In this document: piece after piece, positions 46,023 to 54,304 of the stretch
How positions within the stretch are numbered: position 1 is the stretch's first letter
Layout: each line of letters opens with the position of its first letter
Assembly (NCBI GenBank): GCA_965205485.1
Contig: OZ242180.1
Location: forward strand, 512,001-576,000
Length of the DNA stretch: 64,000 nucleotides
Direction: 5' to 3'
Source of the DNA: Candidatus Latescibacterota bacterium
GTDB taxonomy: Bacteria; Latescibacterota; UBA2968; GCA-2709665
Made by a program: the position numbers and the translations under genes
The notes under the pieces: generated by a model
The model's input: the letters and a program-made list of their open reading frames with translations, nothing else
Told to the model about the DNA's origin: nothing
Database searches by the model: none

Positions 46023-46301
46023 ATGAACGAACCCCAGATCCAACTCGACGGTGACCCGCGCAAGCTCGCGAGAGCCATCTACCAGGCCGCGCGGGAGTCC
46101 AGCCGCGAAAAACACAGTCGCATGGCCGACCGGGACGACGTGAAGGCCGGCGTGGAAGCTGAAATCCCCGCGCTCGCGAAACAGATGGCCGAGGCCCTGG
46201 ACAGCCGCGCGCGTGACGTCTACCTGATCAACGCCCTCGAAGTCCTGGCGCTCTACTATGCCCGGAGGGAGTTGGACCAGGATTCGAACCATACGAAGTG
46301 A
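46023..46301 (+). CDS. Hypothetical protein (92 aa, helical)
   Basis: Fills an intergenic gap with GC3-rich codons; no recognisable motif. Confidence 0.6.
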   Translation: MNEPQIQLDGDPRKLARAIYQAARESSREKHSRMADRDDVKAGVEAEIPALAKQMAEALDSRARDVYLINALEVLALYYARRELDQDSNHTK

Positions 46302-46364
46302 ACCTGCGGCGCCGCGAAGTGAAAATGAAGATAACTTTCAAAAAATAAAGAAATTGACGTGTCC

Positions 46365-46382
46365 ACACACACTTGTGTGTGT
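46365..46382. promoter_or_regulatory. Palindrome ACACACAC-TT-GTGTGTGT just after a TTGACG -35, candidate operator
   Basis: Matches the reverse complement of 52123-52140 at 17/18. Confidence 0.5.
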
Positions 46383-46502
46383 TCATCGTGACTCATCTGA
46401 ATGGTGACGACGTTACCGAATGCGTAATATTGCGTTCGAGGGAGCCTGTCGCAGCTCTATGTGATTTCGGTAGAGATCGGGAAGGACTCTGCGGCGGATG
46501 TG

Positions 46503-46637
46503 TCAGTGGCGGTCTTTTTTTGCTAACAGGGCTTTCACCATTCGCCAGACCAGACCGGCGCCGACAATCAATACCAGCGCCGAGGAGATCAGCAGAACAG
46601 TGCGGATGATAATTGGAAGATCGTCAATGATCGGCAT
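46503..46637 (-). CDS. Small single-pass membrane protein (44 aa)
   Basis: MPIIDDLPIIIRTVLLISSALVLIVGAGLVWRMVKALLAKKDRH: one hydrophobic helix and a basic tail. Confidence 0.5.
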   Translation of the reverse strand: MPIIDDLPIIIRTVLLISSALVLIVGAGLVWRMVKALLAKKDRH

Positions 46638-46736
46638 ATTGGGAGACCGGCAACCGGCAGTGCGAAATGACTGAACGAAACCGGGCGGGTTACGGGACCA
46701 ACAACAACACCCGGCCCCGTCAGTCGGAGATAGGCG

Positions 46737-47483
46737 ATGAAACATGCCACAATACTGGTCGCGCCGCGCGCGGATGACAACTGCCTGATTCAGGTTGTGG
46801 ATGCGCTTGCGCACCGGGGAATCGCGGCCGAGGCGGGGGTTCTGGACGGCCGTCCCGCGATCGAAGACGTGTTGGCGGCGTGCGTTCAACGCGGATCGAA
46901 GCGGATCGCGGTCCTGCCGTTCCTGTTTCGTGAGGACGAAGGGGTTCTGCATCGTATCCGAAAGCGCCTGGGCAGGTTTCACAAAAACCATGCCGATCTC
47001 GAAATCCACGTCGCGCCGGCGGTCGGCTTCGACGCGAGGCTGGTTGAAATTGCGCAGGATTACATCGACCAGACGGAATCCGGGCTGCACGGCGACGACA
47101 CCGCGCCGTTGCTGACGATAGAGGGATGTCTCCCCGCGCGGACGGTTTTCACGTACACGGACCTGCGAAGTGTTTCCGGGCAGATCGAGGACGTTGGCCG
47201 CATCATTCCCGGTCGTCGCGGATCCGCGGTTTCCGTCGCCGAACTTCTGAGGGAGGCGGCCGTGGGCAACGGGGCGAGTCAGGCCGTTTTTCATTCGGCC
47301 GAAGACGGGTTCTTTGCCCGGGTCTCCCTCGCTTCCGCAGTCGAAAACGGCATCCTCGTCTACCGCGTCGGCGAACATCCGCTTCCGGAAAGACTCGGCG
47401 GCCCGATACGACTGTTCATTCCCGAGACCGACGACAGGTGCGCGAACGTCAAGAATGTGGTCCGTATCGAGTTGATTCCATAG
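46737..47483 (+). CDS. CbiX/SirB-like domain fused to a molybdopterin-oxidoreductase-like domain
   Basis: PAIEDVL..IAVLPFLF..VGFDARL CbiX-like; LPERLGGPIRLFIP..NVKNVVRIEL Oxidored_molyb-like. Confidence 0.65.
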   Translation: MKHATILVAPRADDNCLIQVVDALAHRGIAAEAGVLDGRPAIEDVLAACVQRGSKRIAVLPFLFREDEGVLHRIRKRLGRFHKNHADLEIHVAPAVGFDARLVEIAQDYIDQTESGLHGDDTAPLLTIEGCLPARTVFTYTDLRSVSGQIEDVGRIIPGRRGSAVSVAELLREAAVGNGASQAVFHSAEDGFFARVSLASAVENGILVYRVGEHPLPERLGGPIRLFIPETDDRCANVKNVVRIELIP

Positions 47484-47589
47484 GACCGCGCCCCGCAACC
47501 TTCAGCGCGGTCCTGGCCGCAGCCGAAAAATCCCGCCTGTTCTGATCGCCGGGTATTGCCTCGAAGTCAAGAATCGGTTATTCTTTCAT

Positions 47590-47664
47590 GAATCAGGACG
47601 CGGGCCTCTGTCTTACGCTCCGTCTGCCGTCCCCCCGGCAGCCTGAGTTGCGGATAGAGGCCCG
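47590..47664 (+). ncRNA. Candidate sRNA copy 1 (long hairpin, C-rich loop), preceded by TTGCCT-17-TATTCT
   Basis: cgggcctctgtct/ggatagaggcccg outer stem, ctgccg/cggcag inner stem, loop UCCCCC; homologous to 52222-52299. Confidence 0.55.
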
Positions 47665-47695
47665 AATCAATCGAGGACCACGCAACGTAGGAGTC

Positions 47696-50600
47696 TCAGA
47701 TCTGCCCGAAGGCTTCCGCGAACTTTACAAAGTCGCCGAAACCGATGGCGCCATCCTCATCCAGATCGAATTTCGCGTCGTACCCCGCATCTCCGTCACG
47801 CAATCCGAATAATGGCGCAAACAGTACAAAGTCAGCGAAGTTGACGGCCCCGTCATTGTTGAAGTCGGCACTGGGAATCTGCGGGGGCACTGGCGGCGGC
47901 GTCACGTCCTCGGAAAGGTCCCAGATCAGCATCGAGCCATCCCTCGATCCGGAAACCAGCGTGCTCCCATCCTCCAGGAACACCACCGAATACACCCAGC
48001 CTGCGTGCCCTACCAGCGTCGCGGTCTCCGTTCCCGTGGCCACGTCCCAAATGCGGGCCGTGCCGTCCTGAGAACCGGAGGCCAGCATGCTCCCATCCTC
48101 CGAGAATACCACGGAATACACCCAGCCGGTATGCCCTTCCAGCGTGGCGACTTCGGTTCGCGCGGCCACGTCCCAGATACGGACCGTGCCGTCCTCAGAT
48201 CCGGAAGCCAGCGTGCTCCCGTCCTCCGACAACGCCAACGAATAGACCCATCCACGGTGCCCTTCAAGCGTGGCGACCTCCGTTCGCGCTGCTACGTCCC
48301 ACAGCTTCACGGTTCGATCGCTGGACCCGGAGAACAGCCTGCTCCCATCCGGTGAAAACACGACGGAGGCGACCCCGCCCGTGGGCTCGTGTCCTTCGAA
48401 AACGGCAATCTCGGCGAGCGTCGCCAGGTTCCAAAGGGTCGCCGTGCCGAGTCGCAACCCTGCAGCCAGTGTGCTCCCGTCCCGTGAGAACGCCACTGAA
48501 TACACCCAACTGCGGGCGTCTAGGGTCGCAACACCGGATCGGTTCGCCACGTCCCACAGCCTGACGGTGTGGTCGCTCGACCCTGTGGCCAGGGTGGCGC
48601 CGTCGGATGAAAACGACACCGAGCGCACCCAGTCAGCATGCCCTTCCAGTGCGTCGACCTCGGTTCGCGTGGACACGTCCCACAGCCTCACGGAGTTGTC
48701 CATCGAACCGACGGCGAGGATGCTCCCGTCGGGCGAAAGCGCCATTGACGTCAACGACCGGTGCCCGTAAACCGTAGCTGCATTCCCCGTTTCCTGGTCC
48801 CGCACGATGACGGTGCCGTCCTCCGCGCCGGAGGCGAGAATGGTGGCATGTCGCGAGAACGATACGGATATGACCGCGTACGCATGATCTTCCAGTGTGT
48901 TGATCAACTCTCGCGTGGGGACGTCCCACAGCTTGACCCTGCCGTCGGCCGAACCGGAGGCCAGCGTGGCGCCGTCAGCCGAAAACGACACGGAGCCGAC
49001 CGGACCTCCATGCCCTTCGAGACTGACGACCTCGGATTGCGCGGCCACGTCCCACAGTCTCACCGAACGGTCGCGTGATCCCGAGGCCAGCATGCTCCCA
49101 TCCGGGGAAAACGCCACGGAAGTGATGCCATTCGCATGTCCCTCGAGAGTCGCGACCTCGGATCGCGCGGCCACGTCCCACAGACTGATCGTATTGTCCG
49201 CCGATCCGGATGCCAGCCTGCCGCCATCCGGAGAGAACGCCACCGAAGCGACCCCAACCCGCTTCCGTTGCAGGATAGCGACCTGCGAACGCATGACCAG
49301 GTCCCATAGCCGGACTGTGCCATCCTCCGACCCGGAGGCCAGCGTCGTCCCGTTGGACGAGAACGCAACGGAACGGACGCCGTCTGCATGCCCCGTGAGG
49401 GTGGCGACCTTCGCGCCTGATGCGACATTCCAGAGTTCGATCTGTCCATCGTACAAACCCGCTGCCAGGTTCTCCCTGCCGGAGAATGCCAGCGTACGGA
49501 CACGACCTGCGCCCGGCAACAGCGCGGCGGCGCGGGACGCGTTCACGTCATACAGCCACACGCCGACTCCACTGGCGACGGCCAACGTTCGTCCATCCGG
49601 AGACAGCGCGACTGCCCGGTCGCTCTGCGCCATGGCGCCCTTTCCGAGGCGCGCCGTCGCGCGCCGGGGCAGTTGCCATTTCCGGTGGTCTCCGTCCATC
49701 GTGACCACGGAAGCGCCGACTGCGTCAGCGTTGAAGGTCGCCAGTTCCCGGCCGCCAAGGGTTACCACGACGGAGTTCGTGCCGGACCGGTTCCCCAGGG
49801 TCAGAGTCACGGCTGCACGGCCGTCGGCGCCCGTGCGGGTATGCTGGACGGTATAACTGCCGCTGAGCTTGCCCTGGCCGGCGGTAACCGCAAACGTGAC
49901 CGCGACGTCCGGCAGCGGATCGCCGTTCCGGTCTCTCACTTCCACGATAAACGGGTCGGCAAGCGGCCCGCCCGGTGCGCCCGCCTGTCCATCTCCGGAG
50001 ATAACCTCAAGCGCGAACGGCCGGAGCCCCGGCCACGCCGAAAGGTCCCACAACAGCACCGTGCCGTCCTCCGAGCCTGACGCGAGCGTAGCCCAATTCG
50101 ACGAAAATGCCACCGAATTGACATTGGCGGTATGCCCCTCCAGCGTCGCGACCCCGGTTCGCGCGTCCACGTCCCATATCCTGATCGTGTTGTCGTCCGA
50201 TCCGGACGCCAGCCTGCTCCCATCATGTGAAAACGCCAGGGATCCGACGCCGCCCGCGTGTCCCTGCAGGGTGGCGGTCTGCGATTGCGAGGCCACGTCC
50301 CACAGCCTGATCGTGTTGTCGCTCGACCCTGAGGCAAGGATACGCCCGGCCGGCGAAAACACCACCCCATTGACACTTCCTTTGTGCCCTTCGAGCGTGG
50401 CGATACGGGATCGCGAGGCCACGTCCCACAATATGACCGTGCCTTCCTGCGACCCGGACGCCAGCGTCTCCGCATTCGGCGAAAACACCACCGACGCGAC
50501 GCCGTCCACGCCCCCGTCCAGCGTTGCGGCCACTCGTCGCGTGGCGCCTTCCCACATTAACACCTTGCCATCATCCGATGCGGTAGCCAGCATGGTCCCG

Positions 50601-51928
50601 TCGGGCGAATACGCAGCCGCATTGACGCCATCCTCATGTCGTTCGAAGGTGGCTGCCACGGTCCTGGTGGCCATATCCCAGAGAATGACCGTACTGTCCT
50701 GTGACGCTGAAGCCAGCGTATCCGCATCCGGCGAGAACACCACGGACGTAATACCTCCTCTATGCCCTTTGATGCTATCGAACTGCATACGCGTGTTTAC
50801 ATCCCACAGCTCGATCGCTCCCTGGATGGAACCGGTCACAAGGGTGTCCCCGGCCGGCGCAAATGCGAGTGACGTGACCGCGGATTTGTGGCCGCCGAAT
50901 GCTACAAAGTAGCCTGTCTGTACATCCCAGTACCTGGCCGTGCCATCCTCCGACGCGGTGGCAAGTACTCTTCCGTCCGTTGAAAACACGACCGCGGTGA
51001 CGCTGCCCGTATGGCCTTCGAGGACGTCGACCTCTTTTCCTCTGTTGACGTCCCACAGACCCACGGCGCCGTCCTCCGATACGGCGGCGAGCGTGTCCGC
51101 TTCCGGTGAAAACGCAACCCGCGTGAAACGACCTGTTTCCGCTTCGAGGGTGTCTGCCGCGGATAGCGAGGCGACGTCCCACAACAAGACCACACTGTCG
51201 CCTGACGCTGTGGCCAGTGTGCCGCCGTCTCTCGAAAACGACAGCGAGGTGACGTCTTCCGGAACCCCGTCGAGGCTGCCGACCCGCATCCGGGTGCTCA
51301 CGTCCCACAGCAAGACGGCGCCATCCTCCGACGCCGTGGCCAGCGTGCCGCCATCGGGTGAGAATTCGACCGAGTTGACGCCATCCGTATGCCCGTCGAG
51401 GGTTGCCGCCGGTGATTGAGATGCCGCATCCCATAAGGAAACTGTGCCATCATCCGAGGCAGTGACCAGCGTGTCCCCGGTCGGTGAAAACAACGCCAAT
51501 GAAACTTTGCCCGCATGCACATCGATAGTCGCCGCCTCGGATCGCGCCTCAACATCCCAGAGCGATACCGTGCCATCCTCCGATACGGCCGCCAATGTCC
51601 CCCCGTCCGGCGAGAACGATACCGAATTGACCCGGACGTTACCCGGCAGCAGCGCCAGGGTGCGGCCCGTGGCGCCATCGTACAGCCAGACGCCGATGCT
51701 GCTGGCCACGGCAAGCGTATGCCCGTCAGAAGAGATATCCACCGCACGGCCGGCAAATCCAATGGTTCCCTTTCCCAGACGCGCGGTCACACCGTCCGGC
51801 AGATGCCATGTCCGGTTATCCTCCTCCGCGACCTCGACAGCCGTAACGGACGCCGGTAAGACGCAGAGCATTGCGATAAGCGCCAGAATGGACACCGGCG
51901 ATTTTCTGTTGAAATCCGTGTAGCGCAT
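47696..51928 (-). CDS. Large secreted WD40 protein (two WD40 modules separated by a Big_1-like domain) + C-terminal dockerin-like tag
   Basis: Start MRYTDFNRK; both modules open with WxLPxxxxARLGKG..LAVAS..GVWLYD; roughly 13-14 GH..SVAFSPDG..LASGS.D..LWD repeats each; DFNNDGAVNFADF..DLDEDGAIGFGDF. Confidence 0.92.
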   Translation of the reverse strand: MRYTDFNRKSPVSILALIAMLCVLPASVTAVEVAEEDNRTWHLPDGVTARLGKGTIGFAGRAVDISSDGHTLAVASSIGVWLYDGATGRTLALLPGNVRVNSVSFSPDGGTLAAVSEDGTVSLWDVEARSEAATIDVHAGKVSLALFSPTGDTLVTASDDGTVSLWDAASQSPAATLDGHTDGVNSVEFSPDGGTLATASEDGAVLLWDVSTRMRVGSLDGVPEDVTSLSFSRDGGTLATASGDSVVLLWDVASLSAADTLEAETGRFTRVAFSPEADTLAAVSEDGAVGLWDVNRGKEVDVLEGHTGSVTAVVFSTDGRVLATASEDGTARYWDVQTGYFVAFGGHKSAVTSLAFAPAGDTLVTGSIQGAIELWDVNTRMQFDSIKGHRGGITSVVFSPDADTLASASQDSTVILWDMATRTVAATFERHEDGVNAAAYSPDGTMLATASDDGKVLMWEGATRRVAATLDGGVDGVASVVFSPNAETLASGSQEGTVILWDVASRSRIATLEGHKGSVNGVVFSPAGRILASGSSDNTIRLWDVASQSQTATLQGHAGGVGSLAFSHDGSRLASGSDDNTIRIWDVDARTGVATLEGHTANVNSVAFSSNWATLASGSEDGTVLLWDLSAWPGLRPFALEVISGDGQAGAPGGPLADPFIVEVRDRNGDPLPDVAVTFAVTAGQGKLSGSYTVQHTRTGADGRAAVTLTLGNRSGTNSVVVTLGGRELATFNADAVGASVVTMDGDHRKWQLPRRATARLGKGAMAQSDRAVALSPDGRTLAVASGVGVWLYDVNASRAAALLPGAGRVRTLAFSGRENLAAGLYDGQIELWNVASGAKVATLTGHADGVRSVAFSSNGTTLASGSEDGTVRLWDLVMRSQVAILQRKRVGVASVAFSPDGGRLASGSADNTISLWDVAARSEVATLEGHANGITSVAFSPDGSMLASGSRDRSVRLWDVAAQSEVVSLEGHGGPVGSVSFSADGATLASGSADGRVKLWDVPTRELINTLEDHAYAVISVSFSRHATILASGAEDGTVIVRDQETGNAATVYGHRSLTSMALSPDGSILAVGSMDNSVRLWDVSTRTEVDALEGHADWVRSVSFSSDGATLATGSSDHTVRLWDVANRSGVATLDARSWVYSVAFSRDGSTLAAGLRLGTATLWNLATLAEIAVFEGHEPTGGVASVVFSPDGSRLFSGSSDRTVKLWDVAARTEVATLEGHRGWVYSLALSEDGSTLASGSEDGTVRIWDVAARTEVATLEGHTGWVYSVVFSEDGSMLASGSQDGTARIWDVATGTETATLVGHAGWVYSVVFLEDGSTLVSGSRDGSMLIWDLSEDVTPPPVPPQIPSADFNNDGAVNFADFVLFAPLFGLRDGDAGYDAKFDLDEDGAIGFGDFVKFAEAFGQI

Positions 51929-52115
51929 GCCAGACCCCTTTTCTGATGGCGCTGGGGAGGAAACCTCCGCCTGCTTCGCGCGTGGTGGCAGGGTCAATTT
52001 CCGAACACGGGGTGTGTCCTGTGCCGAACCTGGTTCAAACCATCAGCGCCGCAATAATATAGGTGAAGTTCAGGTAAGTTTGTGATCTTTTTTCACAAAA
52101 ATCCCGCTCACCAGG

Positions 52116-52147
52116 CCGATCTACGCACACAAGTGTGTGTAGATCGG
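52116..52147. promoter_or_regulatory. Palindrome ccgatctacgcacac-aa-gtgtgtgtagatcgg, containing the 46365 motif
   Basis: 15-bp arms with one mismatch, between the WD40 gene start and sRNA copy 2. Confidence 0.5.
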
Positions 52148-52221
52148 GATCCGCGCCTCGGGTCACGATAATTAGACGCGTGGGCCTTGACTCGCATTCG
52201 GGAATCGGATATATCTTATTG

Positions 52222-52299
52222 TGATTCAGGACGCGGGCCTCTTTCGCGTACTCAGCCTGTTCCTCCCTCCCGGCGGGCGGAGACTCGGATAGAGGCCCG
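52222..52299 (+). ncRNA. Candidate sRNA copy 2 (loop CCUCCCUCCC), preceded by TTGACT-17-TATATC
   Basis: caggacgcgggcctct...cggatagaggcccg shared with copy 1; inner stem gcctgtt/ggcgggc. Confidence 0.55.
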
Positions 52300-52360
52300 T
52301 ACTACATGGTCCAGTGACGACGCCGCGACCGTGTGTTGGCGCAGCGGGCTGACCCGTCCG

Positions 52361-52987
52361 TCACCACACGGCGGGATGGCTGCCGGAAAGAATAAGTGGA
52401 CGTCTGGACTCGGAACGGCATTGAGCGCGTGTTATCAGCCTGTCATTGAAGAGTTCCTGGAGGAGGCTGTTTCGCAGTTCGAGGGCCTGTTCCGGGTCGA
52501 CCACCGGCAACACCGTGTCGGGAAAGCGGGCAATGTGGAATAACAGGACGGCTTCGCCCGTGGTCAGCCGGCCCGGAGGTACGCCGAAGTAGGCAAGGGC
52601 GGCTCCTTCGAAGCCCAGTACGGGGGTCTTTCGAGGAAAGGCGAAGGGCGTTCGATCGAAAAAGATAGCCAGCAGGCTCTCTCTTTCGTATTTGAGGATG
52701 ATCAGAAACGGGTAACAGTTCCGCCTCAACCAACCTGAAGGCCTGGAACTGTCCGGGCGAACGAGTTGTTCGGCGAGCACGGCGGCCAGGTCCTCTGTCG
52801 ACAACGCCTCTGCAACTCTCTGCAGGATAGGGGGGAGATTGGTAGCCGAGGGCGCGGCCGGCTCAGTGCCAAGAAGGCCATCCAGTTCCCTGGAAAACCC
52901 ATTGAGGACAATGCCGGCAAGTGAGGCCGCGAGCGCAACCGTAACCAGGATCACCAGAACGGATCGGAAGGAGGGTCCTGCCATCAT
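52361..52987 (-). CDS. Membrane-anchored degenerate transglycosylase (GT51)-domain protein
   Basis: N-terminal TM; GFEGAALAYFG..LTTGEAVLL..P..A.ELRNSLLQEL..LIT resembles the GT51 C-terminal half; no EDxxFxxHxG; ATGA overlap with the upstream gene. Confidence 0.6.
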   Translation of the reverse strand: MMAGPSFRSVLVILVTVALAASLAGIVLNGFSRELDGLLGTEPAAPSATNLPPILQRVAEALSTEDLAAVLAEQLVRPDSSRPSGWLRRNCYPFLIILKYERESLLAIFFDRTPFAFPRKTPVLGFEGAALAYFGVPPGRLTTGEAVLLFHIARFPDTVLPVVDPEQALELRNSLLQELFNDRLITRAQCRSESRRPLILSGSHPAVW

Positions 52988-54294
52988 CCGTTCTCCAGAA
53001 TCCACGCAGTGGCGTCGGCCAGGTCGCCGGCAACGAAATCCGCGTGTCCGGGAGGCATTTTCGCAAGCGCGTTCGGACCGGAACCCGTCTTCACCAGTAT
53101 GGACGCTCGACAGCCGGCGTTGCGCCCGGCGTCTACGTCGGTCTTCCGGTCTCCCACCATCAAGGATCCGGACAGGTCGAGGTCGAGATCTTCGGCCGCG
53201 GCGTACAGCATCGCGGGACTTGGCTTCGTTTCAGGACGATCGGTGTGATGTTCCGGCACCACGGCGTTCTGACTGCCATAGCGGCAGTAGACGCCGTCCA
53301 ATTCCACGCCCGACAATTCAAGCAGGGCGGCCATGTAGTCGTTCACGGCGCCTACCGTTTCGGTGGTGACGTATCCCTGTCCCACCGCGGTCTGATTTGA
53401 GACAACAACCAGGGCATATCCGGCTCGTTTCAACTTCGCAAGCGCTTCCGCTGCGCCCGGCAGCAGGCTGAAGGCCTCCGGACCGGTGCGGTAGGCGGGA
53501 GCAGGGCTGAGCGTTCCGTCGCGATCCAGGAAGACCGCCCTGCGTCGTTGCATTGCCGACGAACGCATCTCAAATCCGTGTTGATCGATGCCTGCCTCGC
53601 TCATTTCGTAGACGTGAAACGGATGCGGGGGCTCCCCGAACGCGGGCGCGTTGGCGAAGTGAACGTGGCCTTCCCTGAACAGGCTGTCCCCTTTGTGATA
53701 GTGGCCGCTGAGCACCAGTCGCACCCGGGAGTCGGCAAGGAGGGCTTTCTTGATGCTCCCGGCCTCCCGGTAGGCGTGGGGATAGCCGCCCGTGCGTTGG
53801 GGCGTGACGAGGTAGTGCTGGAGGTGGATCTGCGGCGAAGCGTCGTCGTCGTTCATCGCGGCGATAAAGCGTTCGCGCTGCGCCCCCATGCGCTGGGGAA
53901 AGTTGGCGTCCACTTCATCGTCGAAAAACAGCAGAACGCGGTGGCCGGCAACGTGAAAATCCGCGGGAAGGTCGCCGTAGACGCGGTGGAAGGCCTCTGG
54001 ATGGTCGTGGTTGCCGTAGAGAAAAGCGACCGGGCAGGTCAGCGGCGCGAAGCATTCCCGGACCAGCCGGAGATCTTTTTCGCTGAGCGCGATGAGCTCC
54101 GCGTCGTGCATTCCATAAAACGGGTGGTCGACCAGGTCGCCGGTAATCACGACGAGATCGGGGGATTCCCTGCGAATGCGGTCCACGGCCTGTGATATCA
54201 GGTCCGGCATGTGCCGGCTCAGGCGCCGGGATATGGTGGAGGTACCCGGCAGGTGGTGACGGAGGTGAAAGTCGGAAATGTGGGCGATCTTCAT
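52984..54294 (-). CDS. Metallophosphoesterase fused to a GmhB/HisB-like HAD phosphatase
   Basis: ISDFH, TGDL, YGNHD, SGHYH; then FLDRDGTL, VVSNQ, KPSPAML, MVGDRKTD. Confidence 0.85.
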   Translation of the reverse strand: MKIAHISDFHLRHHLPGTSTISRRLSRHMPDLISQAVDRIRRESPDLVVITGDLVDHPFYGMHDAELIALSEKDLRLVRECFAPLTCPVAFLYGNHDHPEAFHRVYGDLPADFHVAGHRVLLFFDDEVDANFPQRMGAQRERFIAAMNDDDASPQIHLQHYLVTPQRTGGYPHAYREAGSIKKALLADSRVRLVLSGHYHKGDSLFREGHVHFANAPAFGEPPHPFHVYEMSEAGIDQHGFEMRSSAMQRRRAVFLDRDGTLSPAPAYRTGPEAFSLLPGAAEALAKLKRAGYALVVVSNQTAVGQGYVTTETVGAVNDYMAALLELSGVELDGVYCRYGSQNAVVPEHHTDRPETKPSPAMLYAAAEDLDLDLSGSLMVGDRKTDVDAGRNAGCRASILVKTGSGPNALAKMPPGHADFVAGDLADATAWILENG

Positions 54295-54304
54295 TCGGTC
54301 GTCC

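Noticed and set aside
47590..47664. tRNA or tmRNA fragment (contains GGACGCGGG)
   Set aside because: No TTCGA T-loop, cloverleaf or CCA end; it folds as a single long hairpin.
52079..52099. CRP/Rex-type site TTTGTGA-N7-TCACAAA
   Set aside because: The spacer is 7 nt rather than the canonical 6 and there is one instance only; it may still be a site for another regulator.
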